From an uncultured archaeon (lineage in GTDB: Archaea > Asgardarchaeota > Thorarchaeia > Thorarchaeales > Thorarchaeaceae), in the NCBI GenBank assembly GCA_964354495.1, contig CAYHAA010000001.1, positions 1-32,000 of the forward strand: a DNA stretch of 32,000 bases, in the 5' to 3' direction. The notes beneath the pieces were generated by a model, which saw only the letters and a program-made list of their open reading frames with translations, had not been told where the DNA came from and ran no database searches. Every line of letters begins with the position of its first letter. Within the stretch, counting starts at the first letter, position 1. Of the stretch, positions 18,884 to 27,295 are shown piece by piece. Position numbers and translations under genes: made by a program.

Positions 18884-19845
18884 TGTCTATCACCAAAGAA
18901 CAACCGTTCGGCGTTTTTCCACATCACCGTTTCAATCTCAACCTCACTTATCTGTGCATATCCTTGGTCTACCATATCATCCGGCAGCTGGAGTTTCGCG
19001 AAGAATCGAACCCATTTTTCAAGAGGCAAGGCATATTCAAAGAGCGGAAAGTCACTTCCGAACAACATCCTGTTGGGAAATACACGATTCAGCCTGGCCT
19101 CTGCAATCATCAGGTAGACCCTGATTGGTACTTTCGCAGCGAAGACTTGCCACCCAGAGACGTCGACTGACACATTCGGATTCTTGGATGCAACCATTAG
19201 TGCCTCATTTACCCACGGGACTCCAACATGTGCTAGGACTATCTTCAGCGTAGGGAAGTCAGTGGCCATCTTATCGACATAGATTGGTTGTGCATATTTC
19301 ACGTGCTTGAATCTCGAAGTGAATCCTGTGTGAATCACGATTGGAATATCTAGGTCCACACATTTTTCGTAATATGGGTAGAACGAGTCGTCATCGGGGT
19401 AGAAACCATTCGGTGGGTACATCTTCCACCCGCGGCACCCCTTCTCTGTTATTGCACGTTCAAGCTCTCGCAGACCCTCTTCTCCTCTTCTCGGATCAAT
19501 CCCAACGAATGTGATGATGTCAGCGAAGTCGGCCACTTCATCAGCGTGCCAGTCTGTCTTCTCCTGAAGGCTCAGGGGCATAGTCTGCGTGAAACCGCTG
19601 TCTATCGGTAGTACAACTGCTCGCTCGACACCACTCTTCTTCATTGCAGCCTTGAGTTTCTGAACAGGGAAATCGAGTTGAGGTTCTATGCCTGCTCGTT
19701 CGGCTGCAATCTTCCTTGCCTGCAGGTCCTGCTCGCTGATGATGTCCCTAGTCCATGTATGAACATGTGCATCGATAACTCTCAATGGAATCCCAACTGT
19801 GTACAACTCGCGGAACCGATTAAGGTTTCTGCGCTCTCTGACCAC
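18880..19845 (-). CDS. Amidohydrolase family 2 metal-dependent hydrolase
   Basis: IDAHVH, KMYP, IHTG, LAHVG, LFGSDFP; the stop overlaps the Mut7-C start (ATGA). Confidence 0.88.
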   Translation of the reverse strand: MVRERRNLNRFRELYTVGIPLRVIDAHVHTWTRDIISEQDLQARKIAAERAGIEPQLDFPVQKLKAAMKKSGVERAVVLPIDSGFTQTMPLSLQEKTDWHADEVADFADIITFVGIDPRRGEEGLRELERAITEKGCRGWKMYPPNGFYPDDDSFYPYYEKCVDLDIPIVIHTGFTSRFKHVKYAQPIYVDKMATDFPTLKIVLAHVGVPWVNEALMVASKNPNVSVDVSGWQVFAAKVPIRVYLMIAEARLNRVFPNRMLFGSDFPLFEYALPLEKWVRFFAKLQLPDDMVDQGYAQISEVEIETVMWKNAERLFFGDRH

Positions 19846-20703
19846 TCATCCGGTCTTTATTTCCTCTGCAGCCTTTCGGAGCTGACCGATGGCATCGACT
19901 GAGACCGTCATACTGCCAAGATCGTTGTGCGTGCCGTCCCCGTGAAAGTCACTGCCGCCTGTTTCAATGAGTCCAAGCCCGTCTGCAGCAGTCTGAACCT
20001 CTCTCGTATCCACAGCTGGGTCTGTACCCTTCTCATAGTTATAGACCACCTCTACTCCCGCCAGACCGGCCTTCCTGAGGCTCTTCAATAGACTCCTGAG
20101 GTCATCTCCGTTGTAGTAGAGAGGGTGTGCCAACACGGGAACTGCTCCCACCTCTCTTAGTCTTTCTATGCCCTTGAAAATGTCTGGTTTCTGGCGTCCT
20201 ACGTAGGCAGGCCTTCCCTCTGCCAGATACTTAGCAAAGGCCTCGTCAATGTCTGTGACAGTGCCCATCTCGACGAGTATCCGTGCTAGATGCGGACGTC
20301 CAGGGGACGCCACGGTCCGCAAAACCCTCTGAACGTCTGACTCAGGTATGTCAAATCCAAGGTCTCTGAGTTTCTGTACCATCTTTGGGAACCTTGTATG
20401 TCTTTCATCTCTGAAGGCAATCAGCTCCTCTTCAAGCTCAGGCTTGTCAATTGGAACGAAGTATCCTAAGAGGTGCAGCTCATAGCCACGATAGTCTGTG
20501 CTGACTTCGACGCCTGGTATGCAGACAATGTCCTTTCCTTTGCCCGCAGAAATGAACTCCTTATCTCCCCCAATCGTATCATGATCTGTTAGTGCGATTC
20601 CACCAAGCCCCTTCTCCACAGCCATCTCGACCAGCTGCTTCGGAGAGAAGATACCATCCGAGTGGTTCGAGTGTAGATGCAGGTCAACAAGGGCTCTCAC
20701 CAT
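19846..20703 (-). CDS. PHP-domain phosphoesterase (TrpH/YciV-like)
   Basis: DLHLHSNHSDG, LTDHD, GVEVS, HLLGY, GRPH, LAHP, GGSDFHG. Confidence 0.92.
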   Translation of the reverse strand: MVRALVDLHLHSNHSDGIFSPKQLVEMAVEKGLGGIALTDHDTIGGDKEFISAGKGKDIVCIPGVEVSTDYRGYELHLLGYFVPIDKPELEEELIAFRDERHTRFPKMVQKLRDLGFDIPESDVQRVLRTVASPGRPHLARILVEMGTVTDIDEAFAKYLAEGRPAYVGRQKPDIFKGIERLREVGAVPVLAHPLYYNGDDLRSLLKSLRKAGLAGVEVVYNYEKGTDPAVDTREVQTAADGLGLIETGGSDFHGDGTHNDLGSMTVSVDAIGQLRKAAEEIKTG

Positions 20704-21100
20704 GCGCAGCCTCCTGTCGAAGGGTGTCTACCAGTTTCCTCACTCTATGGCGGATCTTCCTAATCTCCTCTCGAGTGACAGTCACCGAAGAGGGACAGTC
20801 CGTATCAAGAACGCATCTCCTCTTTCTAGCATCGTAGATGATTGGGTAATACCTACAGCCCTCCGGCCTGCTCTCATAGATGCGGCACACCTTCGTATCT
20901 GGATCGTAGAAGTAACAATGTCCATCAACATTTTTGAGTTCGCAAAAGCCTGCCATCACTCTGACCAGGAAGTCCTCCTTCCTGTAACCTCGCGTTTCGA
21001 TTCTCTTGGCGTCTTCGCGAGTCAGAGTCATCTCAGTCTCAGTACAACAGAGCCTAACCTCCTCGCATGAACCATCATGGTTGCAGACAAATGGTGACAC
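20684..21100 (-). CDS. YkgJ-family cysteine cluster protein
   Basis: C...C...CC, CYFYD, CRIYESRPEGCRYYP; GTG start. Confidence 0.85.
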   Translation of the reverse strand: MSPFVCNHDGSCEEVRLCCTETEMTLTREDAKRIETRGYRKEDFLVRVMAGFCELKNVDGHCYFYDPDTKVCRIYESRPEGCRYYPIIYDARKRRCVLDTDCPSSVTVTREEIRKIRHRVRKLVDTLRQEAAHGESPC

Positions 21101-21255
21101 GGTCTCTTGGCACTCCTCTATCGATATGTGTGTATCTTTTGTATCCGTTATTTTACGGTTTGCAGGGTTCTTTTGATGATAGGCATGTTTGCCCTTCCTG
21201 TATTAGGTTCGAAGTGCGGAATGGAGTCCTATCAGTCCCCCAAAGCTCGATAATT

Positions 21256-21489
21256 CTAGAGACCTCTTCTGGCAAGTCTGCGAGAGGGAGACAAGTCACG
21301 GGTCATGTCCTCCACGCTGCTCTCCGTGGGCAGGCTTTGGTCGGGAAGAGTCTTGCCAGTAATCTTGAGGTAGGTTGCAGCACGCACTCTGTACAGATAT
21401 GCGATGAGGTCAGCAGGTGGTGATACTGCTCCCATCCTCAGTGCGCGTCTTCTTCCAAACATGTCGAACAATCGGTCCAGTATTGTCAT
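21256..21489 (-). CDS. Small hypothetical protein (77 aa)
   Basis: Protein-like ORF (MTILDRLFDMFGRR...DLIAYLYRVRAA) filling an otherwise 560-bp gap; no recognised motif. Confidence 0.4.
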   Translation of the reverse strand: MTILDRLFDMFGRRRALRMGAVSPPADLIAYLYRVRAATYLKITGKTLPDQSLPTESSVEDMTRDLSPSRRLARRGL

Positions 21490-21663
21490 CTTGCTCTATC
21501 CCGCGACAATCACAACGGGAATGCACAAAAGGCTTTCCAAGTTGACACTTCACGTGTGAGCCTCGGTCTGGAGGACATGAGGCAGGTTTCTTCACTAAGC
21601 CAAAGCGCTAAATAGTGACCGGAGCCAATCTCGGACAGCTCTTCAGCGAGTGTGACACAATAG

Positions 21664-23484
21664 ATGCGTATTGCCATTGTAGATAGACCGAGGTGCAGGC
21701 CTAAGGACTGTACTCATGAGTGCCAAAGATTCTGCCCCCGTGTTCGCATAGGAGACGAGACGGTCGTATTTCCAGATGGAAAGGACAAGCCTCCAGTCAT
21801 AGTCGAATCGCTCTGTTCTGGAGAAGCAATCTGTGTGAAGAAATGCCCGTATCATGTCATCAGCATAGTCAATCTTCCTGAAGAGCTTGAATCTGATACC
21901 AGTCATAGATACAGTATCAATGGATTCAAGTTGTTTCGACTTCCTATACCAAAAAAAGGACAGGTACTCGGTCTGATTGGACCTAATGGGGTTGGAAAGA
22001 CCACTGCAGTGAAGATACTTGCCGGCGAATTGCAGCCAAACCTTGGTCGCGTTGAAAATCCTCCTGACTGGGAGGAGATCATCAGGGCATATCGTGGTTC
22101 CGAGCTTCAACCCTTCTTTGAGAGGGTCATGGCTGGTACGGTAGTCCCAATTCATAAACCACAGAACATCACCGACCTCCCGAAGGTCAAGAATATCGCA
22201 GACCGTCCGATTAGCGAGCTCCTAGAGTCATCAGACTCGTCGGGTCGTCTGAAGGACCTGAAGGCGGACATGAGCCTCAATGATATCTGGGACCGCCCAG
22301 TCAAGTTTCTCAGTGGAGGGGAACTTCAACGTGTGGCAGTCACTGCCGCCATTGTCCGCGAGGGTGACATATACTTCTTCGACGAACCCACTGCGTATCT
22401 TGACGTTCGAGAGCGACTTAGGATTGCAAAGGCAATCAGACATCTGGCTGAACTTGGAAAGACAGTGGTTGTGGTAGAACATGACCTCTCAATCCTGGAC
22501 TACGTATCAGACAATGTGTGCATATTCTATGGTGACCCCGGAGTCTACGGTATTATCTCCCATCCACACGGGACTCGTGTTGGAGTGAATCAGTTCTTGG
22601 ATGGATTCATTCCTGATGAGAACATGCGGTTCAGAGACACATCTATCTCCTTCAGAGGCATGTCAACAGAGGACCTGGAATTCACCTTCTCTGAAACCTT
22701 GATAGAGTATGGGGATATGCACAAGGAGTTTGAGAACTTCACTCTCGATGTCAAGGGCGGTCGTGTGTCAAAAGGCCAGGTCATTGGCATTCTAGGACCC
22801 AACGGAATTGGAAAGACGACCTTTGTGCGTATGCTCGCCAGAGAGATTGAGCCCGAACAAGGAGAGGCACCGAAGAAGACTGTCACAGGACTTGACCTCA
22901 AGATCAGTTACAAACCGCAGTATATTCCCAACGACTTTGAAGGTAACTTGCGACTGTACCTGCACGAAGCAGGTGGGCACAATATCGATTCCTCTGACTT
23001 TCAAACGGGGGTCATCAAGAAGCTCCAACTTGAACATCTAATGGACCACAACTTTCAGGAGCTGAGCGGTGGAGAGTTGCAGAGAGCCGCTATCGCGGCC
23101 TGCCTTGCGCGGGATGCTGACATCTATCTACTGGATGAGCCATCTGCATTCCTTGACATTGAACAACGGCTCGCAAGTTCTCGCGCCATAAGAAGGCATG
23201 TTCGGAACAATATGAAGACTGCTTTTGTCGTTGAACACTCCCTCCTCATGGCTGACTATCTAAGTGACAGCCTCGTTATCTTCAGTGGCACTCCTGGGAA
23301 GTCAGGTGTGGCATCACCAGCCACTACTCTGCGTACTGGAATGAACAGCTTCCTAAAGGAGATGGGTGTGACCTTCCGGCGAGACCCCCAGACTGGACGT
23401 CCACGTGTCAACAAAGACGGATCCCAGCTTGACTCACAACAGAAGGCATCCGGCGACTATTACTACGTAGGAAAGGGAAGGTAG
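21664..23484 (+). CDS. rli: Ribosome recycling ATPase ABCE1/RLI
   Basis: N-terminal Fe-S domain, two NBDs (GPNGVGKTT, LSGGELQR, DEPT; GPNGIGKTT, LSGGELQR, DEPS), C-terminal TFRRD...GRPRVNK. Confidence 0.97.
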   Translation: MRIAIVDRPRCRPKDCTHECQRFCPRVRIGDETVVFPDGKDKPPVIVESLCSGEAICVKKCPYHVISIVNLPEELESDTSHRYSINGFKLFRLPIPKKGQVLGLIGPNGVGKTTAVKILAGELQPNLGRVENPPDWEEIIRAYRGSELQPFFERVMAGTVVPIHKPQNITDLPKVKNIADRPISELLESSDSSGRLKDLKADMSLNDIWDRPVKFLSGGELQRVAVTAAIVREGDIYFFDEPTAYLDVRERLRIAKAIRHLAELGKTVVVVEHDLSILDYVSDNVCIFYGDPGVYGIISHPHGTRVGVNQFLDGFIPDENMRFRDTSISFRGMSTEDLEFTFSETLIEYGDMHKEFENFTLDVKGGRVSKGQVIGILGPNGIGKTTFVRMLAREIEPEQGEAPKKTVTGLDLKISYKPQYIPNDFEGNLRLYLHEAGGHNIDSSDFQTGVIKKLQLEHLMDHNFQELSGGELQRAAIAACLARDADIYLLDEPSAFLDIEQRLASSRAIRRHVRNNMKTAFVVEHSLLMADYLSDSLVIFSGTPGKSGVASPATTLRTGMNSFLKEMGVTFRRDPQTGRPRVNKDGSQLDSQQKASGDYYYVGKGR

Positions 23485-23529
23485 CAGTATCCTGCCACGA
23501 GTGACGCTCAGAGTGCAACTGATGAGGCC

Positions 23530-24363
23530 CTATGACAAGACTCTACGGCTCCAGTGGTCTTTGCCTGCTGCGCTCTTCTCATCATCAATCTCTTTGAGGA
23601 CTTTGACGGCCTCGTTCCCACATCTGATGACATCCATTTCTCCCTTGACTGCGAACTCATCAAGCACTCTGTTGCCATAGACTGCACATACTGCACCTGT
23701 TCTGAAGCCATAGATATTTCCAAGAGTGAAGAGGGTCGCTGCCTCCATCTCAAAGTTGGCAACGTTAGCTCTCTGGAGGTCATCAATTAGGGTTGTACTG
23801 AAGCTCTGGAAGTATCCCCTGTATCCCGGACGTGATTGACCCGGGTAGAACGAGTCAGTCGATGCTGATACTCCTAGGTGATACGTGAGCTCCAGGTTCT
23901 CAGCTGCTTCGATGAGAGCAAGAACCACCTCGTGAGATGCTGATGCAGGATACTCTGGTCGCACATATTGCTCACTTGTTCCATCAAGACGTACGGCTGC
24001 GGTCGAGATGATGAGGTCTCCAATCCTGATGTCTTTCTTTAGGGTAGCACACGATCCGACACGAATGAATGACTCAACATTGACATTTGCAAGTTCCTCG
24101 ACGACAATCGCCATGCCTGGACCCCCAATTCCCGTGGAGCATGCAGAGATGTCTGCTCCCTTGTACTTACCTGTGTGAGTCACGAACTGGCGATGTGATG
24201 CGACCTCTCTGAAGGAGTCCCAGAGAGAGCTTATGCGTTCGACCCGTTGCGGATCCCCTGGGAGAAGGACAGTCTTTGCGACATCGCCCTCCTTGACCTC
24301 AAGATGATACTGCCTTCTGTCTTCAGTCACCGGTTTTCTTGCTGAAACCTTCTTGTCTGTCAT
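23530..24363 (-). CDS. udp: Uridine/nucleoside phosphorylase
   Basis: QYHL, LPGDPQRV, HRQF, STGIGGP, EEL, IRVGSC, NFEME. Start moved to ATG 24363 (MTDKK). Confidence 0.88.
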   Translation of the reverse strand: MTDKKVSARKPVTEDRRQYHLEVKEGDVAKTVLLPGDPQRVERISSLWDSFREVASHRQFVTHTGKYKGADISACSTGIGGPGMAIVVEELANVNVESFIRVGSCATLKKDIRIGDLIISTAAVRLDGTSEQYVRPEYPASASHEVVLALIEAAENLELTYHLGVSASTDSFYPGQSRPGYRGYFQSFSTTLIDDLQRANVANFEMEAATLFTLGNIYGFRTGAVCAVYGNRVLDEFAVKGEMDVIRCGNEAVKVLKEIDDEKSAAGKDHWSRRVLS

Positions 24364-24488
24364 CTGTTCATCTCTCTGTGTGCAGCTACTGAGTCCGAAC
24401 TCCCTTTTGTATCCAGCGAATGGCACTCTCGTTAAGCATATAGGAAGAAGGCAGTATCTAAAAGTCTGTAACTCCGAGGCAAGATATC

Positions 24489-25376
24489 ATGACTATAATC
24501 GATGAACTTGACCACCTAAACTTGGGAAAACGAGTCAGACTTCACCATATGTTATACGAGCACGGGCCTGGTAACGGTCGGCTCATGATTCTTCCAATTG
24601 ATCAGGGTCTGGAACATGGTCCTATTGACTTCTTCCCCAATCCGCCATCTGCAGACCCTGAGTTTCAGTTCAAACTGGCAGTCAAGGGTGGATATTCCGG
24701 TATTGCTCTGCATCTTGGTCTAGCCGAGAAGTATGCACCAAAATTCGCTGGGAAGATACCCATTGTATTGAAGATCAATGGTAAGACACGCATCCCAACA
24801 ACAAATGACCCGATATCCGCAATGACTGGCTCTGTTGAAGATGCAGTCCGGATTGGAGCTGACGCAATCGGATACACATTGTATGTCGGAAGTCCGAACC
24901 AGGTTGCAGACCTGAACCAGTTCAGAAACGTGAAGGCAGATGCCGAGCGTTATGGAATGCCTATCATCGTCTGGGCATATCCTCGGGGAGAGGGAGTTGA
25001 CAGCAAAGGTGGAAGAGACTCTCTCTATGCCATTGACTATGCAGCAAGGGTTGCCAATGAGGTAGGTGCAGATATTGTCAAGCTGAATGTTCCCTTGGAT
25101 GATGCCAAGACCCGGTCTCAACAACCCAGTCCCTATGATAAACTTGAGTTGAGCTATGAAGAGATGGTGCACAAGGTTGTGATGTCTGCGGGAAAGACCT
25201 TGGTGTTGTTCTCCGGCGGCGGAAAGATGAATGATGATGAAGTTGTTCACAGAGCAAAGGTGTGCCTTGAGCAAGGCGCCACGGGTATCATCTTTGGTCG
25301 AAATCTCTGGCAGAGAGAATGGAGTGAAGCCCTGGCAATGACAAAGAGACTCAAGGACATGATCAAGAGCCTCTAA
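24489..25376 (+). CDS. fbaB: Class I fructose-bisphosphate aldolase (DhnA/FbaB family)
   Basis: ILPIDQGLEHGP, WAYPRG, DYAARVANEVGADIVKL (Schiff-base Lys), SGG, GRNLWQ. Confidence 0.9.
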   Translation: MTIIDELDHLNLGKRVRLHHMLYEHGPGNGRLMILPIDQGLEHGPIDFFPNPPSADPEFQFKLAVKGGYSGIALHLGLAEKYAPKFAGKIPIVLKINGKTRIPTTNDPISAMTGSVEDAVRIGADAIGYTLYVGSPNQVADLNQFRNVKADAERYGMPIIVWAYPRGEGVDSKGGRDSLYAIDYAARVANEVGADIVKLNVPLDDAKTRSQQPSPYDKLELSYEEMVHKVVMSAGKTLVLFSGGGKMNDDEVVHRAKVCLEQGATGIIFGRNLWQREWSEALAMTKRLKDMIKSL

Positions 25377-25395
25377 AGTGGCTAATACACCACTT

Positions 25396-25446
25396 TCTGA
25401 CAGTACTCTCAAATGAGAACTATTATATGCTGAGAGAATAGTCAGA
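25396..25446. promoter_or_regulatory. Imperfect inverted repeat around a TATA-like element upstream of fbp
   Basis: Arms TCTGACAGTACTCTCA and TGAGAGAATAGTCAGA pair at 13/16 positions; the 19-nt spacer contains TATTATAT. Confidence 0.4.
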
Positions 25447-25517
25447 GTTCCGTAGGAACCGCACTTTTTTCTTGGTTCCCACACAAGAGAATCGTAGTTG
25501 GGAAAAGAAGGAGAAGA

Positions 25518-26684
25518 ATGCAGATGGTTGAGACCACCATTAGCGTGATTAAAGCAGATATCGGGTCATTAGCCGGTCATGTTATTGTTCCTGACTTCCT
25601 GCTCGAGCTGGCTAGGAAGTCATTGAAAGAAGGCGTTGAGAAAAAGATCATCAACGACTTTCATGTTTCCCATGCAGGTGACGACCTAGAGCTGATCATG
25701 ACTCACCACAAAGGAGAGGGTAATTCGGAAGTCCACAGACTCGCCTGGGATACGTTCCTCAAGGGCACAGAGCTTGCGCGAAAGAACAAGATCTATGCAG
25801 CAGGTCAGGACATGCTTGCTGACACCTTCAGCGGGAATGTGAAGGGTATGGGTCCGGGTTCTGCGGAGATGACATTCGAAGAACGTCCGTCAGAGCCAAT
25901 CGTCGTCTTCATGGCCGATAAGACCGAACCTGGTGCCTATAATCTGCCTCTCTACAAGATCTATGCTGATCCATTCAACACAGCGGGCCTTGTCATCGAT
26001 CCAAACCTGCATGATGGATTCATATTTGTCGTCCAGGACGTTATAAAACAAGTACCCTGTTTCATCTCGATGAAGACGCCAGAGGAAGCGTACGACCTTC
26101 TCGCACTTCTGGGAAACACAGGAAGATACACTATCAAGAAGGTCTATCGTAAAGATGGAATGGTGACAGCATCTGTGAGCACCGACAAGCTACATGCTAT
26201 CGCGGGCAAGTATGTTGGGAAGGATGATCCTGTTGCTATTGTGCGAACACACTCTGGCCTACCAGCAATGGGCGAGGCTCTGGAGGCATTCACTCTTCCG
26301 CACTTGGTGGCTGGTTGGATGAGGGGCTCTCACACTGGCCCACTATTGCCTGTTGGAATGAAGGACTCTCGATGTACGCGATTTGATGGGCCACCACGGG
26401 TTGTTGCACTTGGTTTCCAGGTATCAAACGGAATGCTTGTCGGACCTGTGGACCTCTTCGATGATGTTGCATTTGACATTAGCCGCCGTCGTGGCATGGA
26501 GGTGGCTGACTATCTGCGCAGACAAGGACCATTCCAGCCTCACAGGCTCAGCGAAGAAGAAATGGAGTACACAACCCTTCCAAAGGTTCTGGCTCGCTGT
26601 GAGAACCGGTTTGTGAACGAAGAGATCGTACCAAAGGGTAAAGAGAAGAGCAAAGAGAAGAAAAAGGCAAGCTCGGTAGAGTAG
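25518..26684 (+). CDS. fbp: Bifunctional fructose-1,6-bisphosphate aldolase/phosphatase (class V FBPase)
   Basis: VIKADIG...GH, GDD, GQD, DKTEPGAYN, DPFNTAGL, GKYVGKDDP, GWMRGSH, RFDGPP, MEYTT. Confidence 0.96.
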   Translation: MQMVETTISVIKADIGSLAGHVIVPDFLLELARKSLKEGVEKKIINDFHVSHAGDDLELIMTHHKGEGNSEVHRLAWDTFLKGTELARKNKIYAAGQDMLADTFSGNVKGMGPGSAEMTFEERPSEPIVVFMADKTEPGAYNLPLYKIYADPFNTAGLVIDPNLHDGFIFVVQDVIKQVPCFISMKTPEEAYDLLALLGNTGRYTIKKVYRKDGMVTASVSTDKLHAIAGKYVGKDDPVAIVRTHSGLPAMGEALEAFTLPHLVAGWMRGSHTGPLLPVGMKDSRCTRFDGPPRVVALGFQVSNGMLVGPVDLFDDVAFDISRRRGMEVADYLRRQGPFQPHRLSEEEMEYTTLPKVLARCENRFVNEEIVPKGKEKSKEKKKASSVE

Positions 26685-26692
26685 ACATATGT

Positions 26693-26712
26693 GCGGGGTC
26701 AGTCAATCCCGC
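26693..26712. terminator. Possible hairpin terminator between convergent fbp and parvulin genes
   Basis: GCGGG...CCCGC stem 9 nt after the fbp stop. Confidence 0.25.
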
Positions 26713-26746
26713 CAGCTGCCCTACTGTTCTAGTCAGATATCCTCAG

Positions 26747-27037
26747 TTATCCCATTCGCTTGATAATATGGTATCCGAATTTTGTCTTCACAGGCTCTAC
26801 GGTCATTGCCCCGACATTGAGACCGAATGCCGCCTTCTCGAACTCAGGTACCATCTGGCCCTTGGTGAACCAACCCAGGTCACCGCCTTTCTTCTTTGAG
26901 GGGCATGTGCTGTACTCTCTTGCAATCTTTGCAAAGTCCTCCCCCGATGATATTCTACCAATGAGAGCTAAGGCTTGGCTATGCTTTTCAACCAGAATAT
27001 GACTTGCTCGGACTCTTCCGGCTTTTGCTTTTGACAT
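26747..27037 (-). CDS. ppiC: Parvulin-type peptidyl-prolyl cis-trans isomerase (Par10/PpiC-like)
   Basis: VRASHILV, FAKIAREYSTCPS, GGDLGWF, GQMVPEFE, TKFGYHII. Confidence 0.93.
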   Translation of the reverse strand: MSKAKAGRVRASHILVEKHSQALALIGRISSGEDFAKIAREYSTCPSKKKGGDLGWFTKGQMVPEFEKAAFGLNVGAMTVEPVKTKFGYHIIKRMG

Positions 27038-27295
27038 TGAATCACCCGTTCCATGATGTCTGGTGGAAGTCGCAGAGTCGAGACGGTCTTAAACTTGTTC
27101 ACTGGTCATCGTCAGCTGAATGAATCTGGAGCCCTGGTCTGTCAACGCAGACACCAGACTGAATCTCTCTACTCTACAGATTGTCCGGTTTTGCTTCGTA
27201 CTTGCTGGCGCTACAAACCTAATTACAGAGTGTTCCTCAGAGGAGAGTCTTTATGTCTATGTTTGCAGTCAGTTCCCCTCTGAAGAGTGAGTGAG

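Noticed and set aside
21200-21235. GGTTCGAA, resembling a tRNA T-loop
   Set aside because: There is no flanking T-stem pairing or cloverleaf.
21256-21600. Selenoprotein via TGA read-through in Cys-rich alternate frames; SRP or RNase P RNA
   Set aside because: Read-through products show no recognisable family or Cys-aligned TGA. The SRP helix-8 and RNase P P4 pairings could not be built.
21643-23041. Minus-strand ORFs of 170, 83, 103 and 81 aa within ABCE1
   Set aside because: Antisense to a highly conserved gene.
24720-25484. 254-aa minus-strand ORF
   Set aside because: Antisense to the class I aldolase, with no motifs.
27053-27283. 76-aa ORF and small hairpins between parvulin and the MDR gene
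   Set aside because: Atypical composition; it overlaps the expected divergent promoters, and the stems are short and unremarkable.
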